Position numbers and translations under genes: made by a program. Shown one piece after another: positions 35,393 to 52,707 of a DNA stretch of 64,000 nt (position 1 is the stretch's first letter; each line of letters begins with the position of its first letter). The stretch is from Escherichia coli (GTDB taxonomy: Bacteria; Pseudomonadota; Gammaproteobacteria; Enterobacterales; Enterobacteriaceae). Below the pieces are notes generated by a model. It worked only from the letters and a program-made list of their open reading frames with translations, was not told the origin of the DNA and did not search any database. The stretch lies in assembly GCF_003018255.1 (NCBI RefSeq), contig NZ_CP027440.1; one strand, 5' to 3'.

Positions 35393-35803
35393 ATGAAGTG
35401 GCAACAACGTGTTCGTGTCGCAACGGGTCTAAGTTGCTGGCAGATTATGTTGCATTTACTGGTAGTGGCGCTGCTGGTGGTGGGCTGGATGAGTAAGACT
35501 CTGGTTCACGTCGGCGTGGGATTATGCGCACTGTATTGTGTCACGGTAGTGATGATGCTGGTGTTTCAGCGCCACCCCGAGCAACGCTGGCGTGAGGTGG
35601 CAGACGTGCTGGAAGAGCTGACCACGACCTGGTATTTTGGCGCAGCGCTGATTGTGCTGTGGCTGTTGTCCCGCGTACTGGAAAACAACTTTTTGCTGGC
35701 GATTGCAGGGCTGGCAATCCTTGCTGGCCCGGCGGTAGTGTCTTTGCTGGCGAAAGATAAGAAGTTACATCACCTTACGTCTAAACATCGCGTACGCCGC
35801 TGA
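35393..35803 (+). CDS. ybhQ: inner membrane protein YbhQ
   Basis: 136-aa ORF with 4 hydrophobic segments; its 3' end overlaps the convergent ybhR 3' end. Confidence 0.85.
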
Positions 35804-36871
35804 CCCTGTCGTGGCCGTTATCACCAGTAGCGGCCACAAACTATTCCACACAATATCCAGACTCGCATCTTTCAAATAAATCTGCTTGGTAATGTCCGTA
35901 AAGTGGCGAATAGGGTTAATCCACGTCAGGTTTTGCAGCCATACTGGCATGTTTTCCACCGGCGAAACGTAACCGGAAAGGAGAATGGCGGGCATCATAA
36001 AGACAAACACGCCGATAAACGCCTGCTGTTGTGTTGAACAGAGTGATGAAATCAACAGACCGAATCCCACCAGCGATAAACCGTAAATCACCATCGTAAA
36101 GTAGAACAGCGCCAGCGATCCGGCGAAGGGGATTTGATACGCCCAGATACCAATCGCCAGCACAATGGTGGCCTGGAAGGTGGCGACAATTAATGCCGGT
36201 ACGGCCTTGCCGATGAAGATCTGCCAGGTGGTGAGCGGTGAGACCAGTAACTGATCGAGCGTACCTTGTTCACGTTCGCGGGCGACAGAAAGTGAAGTGA
36301 CGATCATTACGCCGATAGTGGTGATCATGGCGATCAGCGACGGCACCACAAACCATTTGTAGTCGAGATTCGGGTTATACCAGTTGCGTACCACCAGCTC
36401 GCTGTTGTTAGGTTTCGGTTTTCCTTCCAGCAGCTCCTGCTGATAATTTTTGACGATCTGTTGCAGGTAGTTGGCGGCAATTTGCGCACTGTTGGAGTTA
36501 CGCCCGTCGAGGATCAACTGCAACGGCGCGGTCTGGAAGGTATCCAGTTTGCGCGAGAAGTCAGCCGGGAAACGCACCAGGAGTAATGCCTTTTGTGTGT
36601 CGATGGTTGGGCGGATCTCCTGCGGGCTTTTCAACAGCAGCACATGGGTAAAGGCGCTGGCGCGGGCAAAACGTTGAGTAAGTTCTACCGAGTGTTCGCC
36701 GTTATCTTCATCGTAGATGGCGATGGTGGCGTTGGTCACTTCCAGCGTGGCGGCGAACGGGAACAGGATCACCTGAATCAGCACGGGTAAAATAAGAATC
36801 GCACGGGTTTGCGGTTCGCGCAGCAGCGACTGCAACTCTTTGCGGATTAACGTCCATAAGCGATGAAACAT
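35765..36871 (-). CDS. ybhR: ABC-2 type efflux transporter permease
   Basis: 368-aa membrane [36 protein letters not shown]. Confidence 0.92.
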
Positions 36872-36881
36872 GCTCTTCTCC

Positions 36882-38007
36882 CTAATCCAGCCGACGTTTG
36901 GTTTTCAGCCACGTCAGGCCGATAAACATCACCGCCGAAGCGATCAAAAACAGCACGTTTACCACCAGCACCACTGGAATATTCCCGGCGAGGAACAGGC
37001 TTTGCAGGGTGCTGACGAAATAACGAGCGGGAATAATGTACGTCACCGCGCGGATCACCGCGGGCATACTGTCGATTTGAAAAATAAAGCCGGAAAGCAT
37101 AATCGACGGCAGAAAAGCCGCGTTCAGAGCGACCTGAGCGGCATTGAACTGGTTGCGGGTTATCGTGGAAATCAGCAGCCCCATCCCCAGGGTACTGAGT
37201 AAAAACAGGCTGGAGATAAAAAACAGAATCAGCAGCGAACCGCGATACGGCACGCCGAGAATAAACACTGACACCAGCATACACAGCAACATCGCCAGCA
37301 TCCCGAGAAAGTAATAAGGGATCAGTTTACACAGCAGCAGTTCCGTGCGGGTAATCTCTGTAGAGAGTAACGCCTCCATGGTGCCGCGTTCCCATTCTCG
37401 CGCCACCACCAGCGAGGTGAGAATCGCGCCGATGACCGTCATGATAATGGTCACCGCACCGGGGATAATAAAGTGCTGGCTTATTGCCGCCGGGTTAAAC
37501 CAGTAGCGGGTTTGTACATCAATAAGCGGTTCAAAAGTCTGCCCGTTATCCTCCGCTCGCTGCATTTGCCAGATCTGCCAGATCCCTTCGACATACCCCT
37601 GCACAAAGTTAGCGGTATTCGGCTCACTGCCGTCGGTGATCACCTGAATCGGTGCGGTGGCGTTGGCGCGCTCCATCTGTTCGGCGAAATCCACCGGAAT
37701 AACCACCAGACCGCGAATTTTCCCCGCCTGCATTTTGGCGATCAGTTCCTGACGGTTATCGCTGATGGTGGCGTCGATGTAGGGCGAACCGGTCATGGTG
37801 TGGGTGAAATCCAGCGCCGCTTCGCTACGCTGTTCCAGTAAAATCCCGACCCGCAGCTTGCTGGAGTCGAGGTTAATGCCGTATCCAAAAATAAACAGCA
37901 GTAGCAGTGGGATCACTACCGCAATCAGCCAGCTACTCGGATCGCGAACGATCTGCCGCGTCTCTTTGACGCACAGCGCCCGCACGCGACGCCAGGACAG
38001 GATCGGA

Positions 38008-38015
<8 letters not shown>
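36882..38015 (-). CDS. ybhS: ABC-2 type efflux transporter permease
   Basis: 377-aa membrane [36 protein letters not shown], paralogous to ybhR. Confidence 0.92.
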
Positions 38016-41406
<3,391 letters not shown>

Positions 41407-41634
41407 CGCACAGTCCATTCTTAATCAAATGATTGATTAAGATTATGACTCCATATGAGAGTTGTCCAGTATGGCTAAGAATTTTAGCAACGCCAGTCAC
41501 AGGGATAATTTATGCGCTGCGTCACAAAAACTGCTACACTCCGCTCCCTCATGACATTGTGGTTTTTGTCATTTTCCTTTTCAGTATCTCCCTGAAAACT
41601 ACACCGGTAACGGTCGGGGCGGTTCGGAGTAGTT

Positions 41635-42996
41635 ATGTCTTTCGATTCTTTGGGTTTAAGCCCTGATATCCTGCGCGCCGTTGCCGAGCAGGGTTACCGT
41701 GAACCCACCCCTATTCAGCAGCAGGCGATCCCTGCGGTGCTGGAAGGCCGCGACCTGATGGCCAGCGCCCAGACCGGTACCGGCAAAACAGCGGGCTTTA
41801 CGCTGCCGCTGTTGCAACACCTGATCACTCGCCAGCCGCACGCCAAAGGGCGTCGTCCGGTACGCGCGCTCATTCTTACCCCGACCCGTGAACTGGCGGC
41901 GCAGATTGGCGAAAACGTCCGTGATTACAGCAAATATCTGAACATTCGTTCGCTGGTGGTGTTTGGCGGTGTCAGCATTAACCCACAAATGATGAAGTTG
42001 CGCGGCGGCGTTGATGTGCTGGTGGCAACGCCGGGACGTCTGCTGGACCTGGAACATCAAAATGCAGTGAAGCTGGATCAGGTTGAAATCCTCGTCCTTG
42101 ATGAAGCTGACCGCATGCTCGACATGGGCTTTATCCACGATATCCGTCGCGTGTTAACAAAACTGCCAGCGAAGCGCCAGAACCTGTTGTTCTCCGCGAC
42201 CTTCTCTGACGATATTAAAGCCCTGGCGGAAAAACTGTTGCACAACCCGCTGGAAATCGAAGTGGCACGCCGCAATACCGCGTCTGATCAGGTGACCCAG
42301 CACGTTCACTTTGTCGATAAGAAACGCAAACGCGAATTGCTGTCGCATATGATTGGGAAAGGGAACTGGCAGCAGGTGCTGGTGTTTACCCGTACCAAAC
42401 ATGGCGCTAACCATCTGGCTGAACAGCTTAATAAAGATGGCATCCGTAGTGCGGCGATCCACGGTAATAAATCGCAAGGTGCGCGTACTCGTGCGCTGGC
42501 TGATTTTAAATCGGGCGATATTCGTGTACTGGTGGCAACTGACATCGCTGCGCGCGGCCTGGATATTGAAGAGCTGCCGCACGTGGTCAACTATGAACTG
42601 CCAAACGTACCGGAAGATTATGTCCACCGTATCGGGCGTACCGGTCGTGCGGCTGCTACCGGTGAAGCGTTGTCGCTGGTGTGTGTTGATGAACACAAAC
42701 TGCTGCGTGATATCGAAAAACTGCTGAAAAAAGAGATCCCGCGCATTGCGATTCCGGGTTATGAGCCGGACCCGTCAATCAAAGCCGAACCGATCCAGAA
42801 CGGTCGCCAGCAACGTGGCGGCGGTCGTGGGCAAGGTGGTGGTCGCGGTCAACAGCAACCACGCCGTGGAGAAGGTGGCGCAAAATCTGCAAGTGCGAAA
42901 CCTGCAGAAAAACCGTCTCGCCGCCTCGGCGATGCCAAACCGGCAGGCGAACAACAACGTCGCCGCCGTCCACGTAAACCTGCCGCTGCGCAGTAA
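41635..42996 (+). CDS. rhlE: ATP-dependent RNA helicase RhlE (DEAD-box)
   Basis: 453-aa ORF with Q-motif, [15 protein letters not shown] and HRIGRTGR motifs and an RGG-rich basic tail. Confidence 0.96.
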   Translation: MSFDSLGLSPDILRAVAEQGYREPTPIQQQAIPAVLEGRDLMASAQTGTGKTAGFTLPLLQHLITRQPHAKGRRPVRALILTPTRELAAQIGENVRDYSKYLNIRSLVVFGGVSINPQMMKLRGGVDVLVATPGRLLDLEHQNAVKLDQVEILVLDEADRMLDMGFIHDIRRVLTKLPAKRQNLLFSATFSDDIKALAEKLLHNPLEIEVARRNTASDQVTQHVHFVDKKRKRELLSHMIGKGNWQQVLVFTRTKHGANHLAEQLNKDGIRSAAIHGNKSQGARTRALADFKSGDIRVLVATDIAARGLDIEELPHVVNYELPNVPEDYVHRIGRTGRAAATGEALSLVCVDEHKLLRDIEKLLKKEIPRIAIPGYEPDPSIKAEPIQNGRQQRGGGRGQGGGRGQQQPRRGEGGAKSASAKPAEKPSRRLGDAKPAGEQQRRRRPRKPAAAQ

Positions 42997-43004
42997 TCTT
43001 TTGA

Positions 43005-43150
<146 letters not shown>

Positions 43151-43230
43151 TCACAACAAGCACTTGTCAGCCATTTGCGAGCGCGGCAAAAAGATTTCTC
43201 TGTTTTAACGCCCACAAGCCACCCGATGCG

Positions 43231-43536
43231 TTACTTCTCCGCAGCCAATTGTCCGCGCAACGCCATTAAAAGGTACCCCAGGCGATTCTTGCCCTGACCA
43301 TTACCGCTATCTCCCCAGTAAGCATCATTTTGCGTATGCTCAACCAGTTTTGCGGACGCGGTTGCCAGCAAGAGTGTACGCAGTTCTGCATGTTGTTCGA
43401 ATTTAGCGCGAAGCGCTTTACGCATCATCCTGCTGGTTATTGCGAGCCGCTTTCCAGAAACAGAAAAACCATTACCCCTGAAAACCGAAAAATGCCACAA
43501 TATTGGCTGTTTATACAGTATTTCAGGTTTTCTCAT
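43231..43536 (-). pseudogene. ybiA: YbiA-like (DUF1768 N-glycosidase family) gene, apparently 5'-truncated
   Basis: 101-aa ORF whose C-terminal ~64 aa (MRKALRAKFEQHAELR...NRLGYLLMALRGQLAAEK) match YbiA as I recall it; N-terminal 37 codons run through the dinG promoter and LexA box and abut the dinG ATG. Confidence 0.5.
43501..43520. promoter_or_regulatory. non-canonical LexA box of dinG
   Basis: tattggctgtttatacagta, with a good right half (ATACAGTA) and degenerate left half, about 15 bp upstream of the dinG ATG. Confidence 0.65.
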
Positions 43537-45685
43537 GGCATTAACCGCCGCGCTTAAAGCGCAAATTGCCGCCTGGTATAAGGCGCTTCAGGAACAGATC
43601 CCCGACTTTATTCCCCGTGCGCCGCAGCGGCAGATGATTGCGGACGTCGCCAAAACGCTGGCCGGAGAAGAAGGGCGGCATCTGGCGATTGAAGCACCCA
43701 CCGGCGTTGGGAAAACGCTCTCCTATTTGATTCCCGGCATCGCCATTGCCCGCGAAGAGCAAAAAACGCTGGTGGTGAGTACCGCCAACGTGGCATTGCA
43801 GGATCAGATCTACAGTAAAGATTTGCCTCTGCTGAAAAAGATCATTCCCGATCTTAAATTCACTGCTGCTTTTGGGCGTGGGCGCTACGTTTGTCCGCGT
43901 AATCTGACAGCGCTTGCCAGTACTGAACCCACGCAACAGGATCTGCTGGCGTTTCTTGACGACGAGCTGACGCCGAACAATCAGGAAGAGCAAAAACGTT
44001 GTGCGAAGCTGAAGGGCGATCTCGACACTTATAAATGGGATGGTCTGCGCGATCATACGGATATCGCCATTGATGACGATCTCTGGCGTCGTTTAAGTAC
44101 CGACAAAGCCAGCTGCCTCAACCGCAACTGTTACTACTATCGTGAATGCCCGTTTTTTGTTGCTCGTCGGGAGATTCAGGAAGCGGAAGTGGTGGTGGCA
44201 AACCATGCGCTGGTGATGGCGGCGATGGAAAGCGAAGCCGTACTACCTGACCCGAAAAATCTGCTGCTGGTGCTGGACGAAGGTCATCACCTGCCAGATG
44301 TGGCGCGGGATGCGCTGGAGATGAGCGCCGAAATCACCGCGCCCTGGTATCGGCTACAGCTGGACTTGTTCACGAAACTGGTCGCTACCTGCATGGAGCA
44401 GTTTCGCCCGAAGACCATCCCACCGCTGGCGATCCCTGAACGTTTGAATGCGCATTGTGAAGAGCTGTATGAGCTTATCGCCTCGTTAAACAACATTCTC
44501 AATCTCTACATGCCTGCCGGGCAGGAGGCAGAGCACCGTTTTGCGATGGGCGAACTGCCTGATGAAGTGCTGGAGATCTGCCAGCGGCTGGCAAAACTCA
44601 CCGAGATGCTGCGTGGCCTGGCGGAGTTATTTCTTAACGATTTAAGTGAGAAAACCGGTAGCCATGACATTGTACGTCTGCATCGGTTGATTTTGCAGAT
44701 GAATCGCGCGTTGGGGATGTTCGAGGCGCAAAGCAAACTCTGGCGGCTGGCGTCTCTGGCGCAATCTTCCGGTGCGCCGGTGACTAAATGGGCGACGCGG
44801 GAAGAGCGCGAAGGGCAGCTGCATCTCTGGTTTCACTGTGTGGGTATTCGTGTCAGCGATCAGCTGGAAAGGCTGCTGTGGCGCAGTATTCCGCACATTA
44901 TTGTCACTTCCGCGACCTTACGTTCGCTGAACAGTTTTTCGCGTTTACAGGAGATGAGTGGTCTGAAAGAGAAAGCGGGCGACCGCTTTGTGGCGCTGGA
45001 TTCGCCCTTTAACCACTGCGAACAGGGCAAAATTGTTATTCCCCGGATGCGCTTTGAGCCTTCCATCGACAACGAAGAGCAGCACATTGCTGAAATGGCA
45101 GCCTTTTTCCGTGAGCAGGTGGAGAGCAAAAAACATCTCGGTATGTTGGTACTGTTTGCCAGCGGGCGTGCGATGCAGCGCTTTCTCGACTATGTGACGG
45201 ATTTACGCCTGATGTTGCTGGTGCAGGGCGATCAGCCACGTTATCGCTTAGTTGAACTGCACCGCAAACGCGTTGCCAACGGTGAGCGTAGCGTGCTGGT
45301 GGGCTTACAGTCCTTTGCCGAAGGTCTTGATCTGAAAGGCGATCTGCTCAGTCAGGTGCATATCCACAAGATCGCTTTTCCGCCCATCGACAGTCCGGTG
45401 GTGATCACCGAAGGTGAATGGCTGAAAAGCCTCAACCGCTATCCGTTTGAGGTGCAAAGCCTGCCGAGCGCTTCGTTTAACCTGATTCAGCAGGTTGGGC
45501 GACTGATTCGAAGCCACGGTTGCTGGGGGGAAGTGGTTATCTACGACAAACGCTTGCTGACCAAAAATTATGGCAAGCGACTACTGGATGCATTACCGGT
45601 ATTTCCGATAGAGCAACCGGAAGTCCCTGAAGGTATAGTTAAAAAGAAAGAAAAAACGAAATCCCCACGCCGTCGGCGGCGTTAA
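43535..45685 (+). CDS. dinG: ATP-dependent DNA helicase DinG (Fe-S, superfamily 2)
   Basis: 716-aa ORF MALTAALKAQIAAWYKALQEQIPDFIPRAPQRQMI with Walker A APTGVGKT and DEGHH box. Confidence 0.96.
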   Translation: MALTAALKAQIAAWYKALQEQIPDFIPRAPQRQMIADVAKTLAGEEGRHLAIEAPTGVGKTLSYLIPGIAIAREEQKTLVVSTANVALQDQIYSKDLPLLKKIIPDLKFTAAFGRGRYVCPRNLTALASTEPTQQDLLAFLDDELTPNNQEEQKRCAKLKGDLDTYKWDGLRDHTDIAIDDDLWRRLSTDKASCLNRNCYYYRECPFFVARREIQEAEVVVANHALVMAAMESEAVLPDPKNLLLVLDEGHHLPDVARDALEMSAEITAPWYRLQLDLFTKLVATCMEQFRPKTIPPLAIPERLNAHCEELYELIASLNNILNLYMPAGQEAEHRFAMGELPDEVLEICQRLAKLTEMLRGLAELFLNDLSEKTGSHDIVRLHRLILQMNRALGMFEAQSKLWRLASLAQSSGAPVTKWATREEREGQLHLWFHCVGIRVSDQLERLLWRSIPHIIVTSATLRSLNSFSRLQEMSGLKEKAGDRFVALDSPFNHCEQGKIVIPRMRFEPSIDNEEQHIAEMAAFFREQVESKKHLGMLVLFASGRAMQRFLDYVTDLRLMLLVQGDQPRYRLVELHRKRVANGERSVLVGLQSFAEGLDLKGDLLSQVHIHKIAFPPIDSPVVITEGEWLKSLNRYPFEVQSLPSASFNLIQQVGRLIRSHGCWGEVVIYDKRLLTKNYGKRLLDALPVFPIEQPEVPEGIVKKKEKTKSPRRRRR

Positions 45686-45712
45686 TGATGTGAGTCAGGT
45701 AAGGAGTCGTAA

Positions 45713-46806
<1,094 letters not shown>

Positions 46807-46811
46807 GAGTA

Positions 46812-47901
<1,090 letters not shown>

Positions 47902-48040
47902 AAAAAAGCCCGTCCAGTGGCGGACGGGCAAACAAGGGTAACATAGGATCAATGAGGGTTAGAGCATATGCGTCTGTCGGCAAACAGACAGGGAAATACT
48001 TGTGCTGGACGTAGCGTAAACGCCTTATCCGTTCTACGAA

Positions 48041-48301
48041 TTACTTATAAATTACCGCAGTACCGCTTAATTTATTGTTGTTGGTGGCAGAAGTGATGCT
48101 GTATCCACTCGCCCCAGCTGCCGCAGCTTTCTCAGCCAGTTTCGCTTCCAGGGCATCGAGGGTGGATGCGCCATCGGCAGAAACCACGCCGATTTTATTC
48201 ATGTTCTGTGCCTGGGATGCCGTTACCGGTTCCGCGGCAAACACGCCAAATGACAGAGTTGAAAGAGCCATAGCAGCAACAACAGTATTGATAGTTTTCA
48301 T
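48041..48301 (-). CDS. ybiJ: DUF1471 (YhcN-family) small secreted protein
   Basis: 86-aa ORF with signal peptide MKTINTVVAAMALSTLSFGVFA and C-terminal ...GTAVIYK. Confidence 0.9.
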   Translation of the reverse strand: MKTINTVVAAMALSTLSFGVFAAEPVTASQAQNMNKIGVVSADGASTLDALEAKLAEKAAAAGASGYSITSATNNNKLSGTAVIYK

Positions 48302-48565
48302 AATTAATCTCTCGCAGGTGATTTTTGTATAAGTGACGTTGTTTCGTCGATGTGATGAGTATCACGTTTTTTTTCGAGAGATAAAATCGAAGAGAATTGA
48401 CCGCCTTGTTCAAATAAATTGATTGATATCTAACATACTGATAATCCATTTATTTGTTGAACTTATGGACTTGTTTTATGCAGCGTGGCAGTCACGACAG
48501 CGTTAAAGGCACGGAATGCCACGCAAAATACAAATTATACTCGCTATACATCCCGCCAGTTGTAG

Positions 48566-48832
48566 TTAACGTAACTGGCTGTCTTTCGAACCTCTGCGAT
48601 TATATCCTGTATAAGCTGGTTTTTGTAAATCTTTCTCCTGCTGACAATGAATGCATAAGCGCACACCAGGAATGGCTTCCCGACGGGCTTGCGGGATGGG
48701 GGCTCCGCACTCTTCACATTCATACAGGCTTTCGCCACGCGGAATTTCACCCCGAGCGCGGGCAATCGCATCTTCAATTGTACTGTTGATCTGTTCGTTG
48801 ACGGCGTCATCGTTAGCCCAACCGGATGCCAT
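48566..48832 (-). CDS. ybiI: DksA/TraR-type C4 zinc-finger protein
   Basis: 88-aa ORF with CxxC-N17-CxxC (CEECGAPIPQARREAIPGVRLCIHC). Confidence 0.9.
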   Translation of the reverse strand: MASGWANDDAVNEQINSTIEDAIARARGEIPRGESLYECEECGAPIPQARREAIPGVRLCIHCQQEKDLQKPAYTGYNRRGSKDSQLR

Positions 48833-48905
48833 ATCGTCCTCCCCATATCAATACTTGTACAGTTAAGTGTAGCTAATATAGGGACGAACTCGGGCAGTTC
48901 AAGCG

Positions 48906-49583
48906 TCAGATCTCCGACCATTCCCGCAGCAGATTATGATAAAGATTGAGCAGCGACAGGATCTCTTCACTTTCGCCGTAGCGGCTTTTCAGCGACTGAA
49001 TATTGTTGTCCAGTTCAAACAGCATGGCGCGCTTTTTATCATCGCGGATCATCGACTGGATCCACATAAATGATGCCACTCGTACGCCGCGGGTTACGGG
49101 TGTCACGCAATGCAGGCTGCTGGAGGGATACAACACCAGATCGCCTGCCGGAAGTTTTACCCGATGTTGCCCGAAGGTGTCATTAACGACCAGTTCGCCG
49201 CCATCGTAGCTTTGTGGATCGCTTAAAAACAGCGTGGCAGAAAGGTCAGTGCGCATCCAGCCGTTTTGTGGGTGACTGCGTACTGCGCCATCCACATGAA
49301 AACCATAGGTTTCATTGTTCTGATAGCGATTAAACAGCGGCGTGGAAAGGGTACGCGGCAAGGCCGCGGCAAAGAACAAAGCATGTTGGTTAACCGCGTT
49401 CAGCACCTCATTTTGCAGGGCGGCGTATAACGTGCTGCGGGTGTCTACCTGTTGATTGTTCTTAACTTGCGCACCTTGTGCGCCAGTGGTGACGCGTCCA
49501 TCCACCCATTCGGCTTGTTCCAGTTGTTCGCGAAAACGGGCGACGTCCTGTGGCGATAGCACGCCGGGAATGTGGTACATCAT
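48906..49583 (-). CDS. ybiX: PKHD-type Fe(II)/2-oxoglutarate-dependent hydroxylase
   Basis: ORF trimmed to [30 protein letters not shown] (225 aa) with HxD...H motif; immediately downstream of fiu. Confidence 0.9.
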
Positions 49584-49624
49584 ACAAGTTCTCCAAAAAG
49601 TGGGGCCTGCGCCCCACATCTCAA

Positions 49625-51907
49625 TCAGAAATGCATATTGGCCGTGAGCAAGAAGGTTCTTGGCTCGCCCGGGTGATAACGGTAGCCGCTCTTGTTGATT
49701 GAGGCGACGTAATCGGTATCAAACAGGTTGTAGACGTTTAGCTGGAAGTCGAGATTGCGATTAACCCGATACCCCAGTTTAGCGTCGGCGACCCAATAAC
49801 CTTCGGTAAACGCTGGCGTTCCCACCGCGCCGTCAGAACCTTTATGCATACTGCCGATATAGCGTGCGCCCGCACCAACGGAAATATCATCGGTTGCCTG
49901 ATACTGGCTCCATAAGGTAAAGGCGTGCTCCGGGGTATACGGCAGCGATGAGGAACCATCCTGGGCAACATCTTTGCCGTTTTTGATGGTTGCTTTTTGC
50001 TGGGTATAGCCGCCAATCACCTGCCACGCGGGAGTGATATTCCCGGCCACGGATATCTCATAGCCTTCGACGCGTTTCTTACCGTATTGCGAGTAAGTTC
50101 CGTCATCATTTTGCTCAACTTCATTTTTGATATCAGTACGGAACAGCGCGGCGGTGAGCAACAGGCGTTTATCCAGAACCTGCCATTTGGTGCCAATCTC
50201 GCTGGTGTTGGCTTTTTGCGGTTTAAAATCGGTGCGGTTGGCACTGTTACCGCTGCCAGACTGCGCAAGGGCGAAGTTGTTGCCGCCCGGAGGCTGCTGG
50301 GAAACGGCATAGTTAATATAGACATTGCCGTTTTCCGTCAGGTGATACAGCGCCCCGGCTTTCCAGTTCACCAGATTGCCCGACTTGGCGGTATCGACGG
50401 TGGTGACCGGAGAACCTTTTGCCACGCCAGCAGGGCAGGTGATGGCACCGCGTCCGCTGCCGCCGCAGGCGGTGGCACTGTCATATTCAGTATGATAATT
50501 ATCCAGACGGATCCCGCCGTTCAGCTCAAAATCACGGGTGATTTGCAGCGTATCGAAGGCGTAAATTGCGAAGGTATCCGTCTGACCATTGGCGTTTGCG
50601 CCGTTGCGCGTCAGGCCGCCGGGATGAATGCTGCTGTCAGGATGATAAATATTTACCGCAGGTAACGTCACCGGATTAACGCCGTAGTTAGTCTGCGTTT
50701 CACGGGTAAATTCCACGCCGGTACTGACATCATGACCGATAGCGCCGGTATAGAACGTCGAGGTCAGGTTGGTCTGGTTGGTGAGAATTTTATTACTCAC
50801 ATCTTTAGTATTCGCCGTGCGTGACCAGGTCCAGCTATTCACATCGCTGGTGGGCTGGGTAATATTCGACGCCCCGCCCATAATCGCCGTCATCAGGTAA
50901 TCCTGCTTCACGCGCGACCAACGGGTAGTATTGCGAATGGTGGTGTTATCGTTGATGTCGTGCTCAAAACGCATGGTAGCGGTGTCGGTGGTCGAATCGT
51001 CGTAATCGGAATCCGTGCCGTAAAAGTTATGAGTATCAACTTTTCCGGAATGATTCAGAGCCGCTGTTCCCGCAGATGGGGCAGAATAACCCGGTAAACC
51101 GATAGTCGGAATGCCGCCGTCTGGCGTGTTGTGCTGGGTGACATGCAGATAATTAAGATACAAACGATTCGCTGTACCAAGGCCAAAAGCGACAGAAGGG
51201 GCGACGCCGTAACGCTCATTTTTGACTTTGTCGCGTCCGGCATCGTGCGTTTTTTCGCCCATTACATTCAGGCGCACCGCAGTGGTATCACCAATGACCT
51301 GATTGACGTCCAGCGTGCCGCGGCGGAACCAGGCGCTGCCAATACTGGCGGAGGCGTCAATGCCGGAATCATTGCGCGGCTGTTTGCTGATCATATTGAT
51401 CGAGCCTGTCGGCGCGCTGCGCCCGTAGTCGGTGCCGGACGGCCCTTTAATTACTTCGACCTGCTCGGTATTGAAGGTGTCGCGCGAGACGCTGCCGATA
51501 TCGCGAATGCCATCGATATAAATACTGTTAGAGGTATCGGCACCGCGCATATAAATGGCGTCGCCAGTGGTGGAGTTACCGTTCTCACCCGCAAAAAACG
51601 CACCCACGCCGGGGACGTTTTTGAGCGCGTCGGTAAGGTTGGTTGCACCCTGATCTTTAATCACTTGTTCAGAAATCACCGTCATCGTGCGGGTAGTATC
51701 CGCTACCGGACGCGAGAATTTCGGATCGGCAGATTGTTGTGGCGCATAAAGCGAAGGCGTTGATGCTTCGACAACCAGCGTGTCATCCGCGTTAGCTTGC
51801 CCTTCGGCAGCGAGTGCCTGCGCCACAGGCGTAATACCAATACAAAGACCGGCAAAGAACGTGAGCGAATGAAATTGTCTGGCAGGGAAATTGCGATTGT
51901 TTTCCAT
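49625..51907 (-). CDS. fiu: TonB-dependent catecholate siderophore receptor Fiu
   Basis: 760-aa ORF with signal peptide, TonB box region and C-terminal beta-barrel ending in F. Confidence 0.95.
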
Positions 51908-52011
51908 TTTGCAGGTGACTTTTTCTTATATGGTGAAATTTTCACTGTCACGAGAAAGCATCTCTGCGGATGCGATGCCACTGTTAATCCCGTGATAGCG
52001 TCCGTGCAAGT

Positions 52012-52037
52012 GATAATAATTTTGATAAGCATTATCA
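52012..52037. promoter_or_regulatory. Fur box in the fiu promoter
   Basis: gataataattttgataagcattatca matches the GATAATGATAATCATTATC-type consensus about 100 bp upstream of the fiu start. Confidence 0.7.
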
Positions 52038-52171
52038 CTTGGCGCGATTTTCTATCACCCATTGCGCGAAAAAGAAATACATTTATTTACATTGCGTTCA
52101 TATTTGATGTTTTTTGCTTACAAATTGGACGAAAACTGCATCCAGAGGCGAATGCAGTTACGTTGGTGGGG

Positions 52172-52432
52172 TTATTTGTAGATGATTGCAGTACCGAACA
52201 TCTGGTCATTTCCGCCTGCGGAATTAATGACATAACCTTTCGCGCCTTGTTCGCGCGCTTTTTCTGCCAGTTTATCCTCCAGATCGCTTAGGTTTGATGC
52301 GCCAGTTGCCGAAACGGTACCGGCGGGCCGTAGTTGACCACTGTCCAGGTTACTCATCGGTTGCGCGGCATAAGCCGTGAGAGAGATTCCGCTCAGGACG
52401 GTGGCAATCAGTAGTGTGAGGCACTTTTTCAT
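52172..52432 (-). CDS. mcbA: DUF1471 (YhcN-family) small secreted protein McbA
   Basis: ORF trimmed to MKKCLTLLIATVLSGISLTAYA (86 aa), C-terminal ...GTAIIYK; paralog of ybiJ. Confidence 0.88.
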   Translation of the reverse strand: MKKCLTLLIATVLSGISLTAYAAQPMSNLDSGQLRPAGTVSATGASNLSDLEDKLAEKAREQGAKGYVINSAGGNDQMFGTAIIYK

Positions 52433-52707
52433 AATGACATCCTCATAAATACAACGGGTAGTGCCAGATAAGTGTAGGTCGCCTGCGCGATGAAAATGAC
52501 GCAAAAAATTGACAGAGATGCGCTTATTTTTTGAACAATATATTTTTACAAAATAAGATAAATCAATGACATGCATGATGATGATTTTTATGGTGAATTA
52601 CCATAAACCATAGCCATGTGAAGGTTTTTAGAAATGATAAACGCAGCCAGATATTTACCCTGTCGCGTTATGCGGGTATCTTACGCCGCTGCTTAAAGGA
52701 GAATGCT

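Noticed and set aside
41433-41666. 77-aa plus-strand ORF in the cecR-rhlE intergenic region
   Set aside because: It lies in the likely rhlE 5' leader, runs into the rhlE start, and has no RBS-like context or motif.
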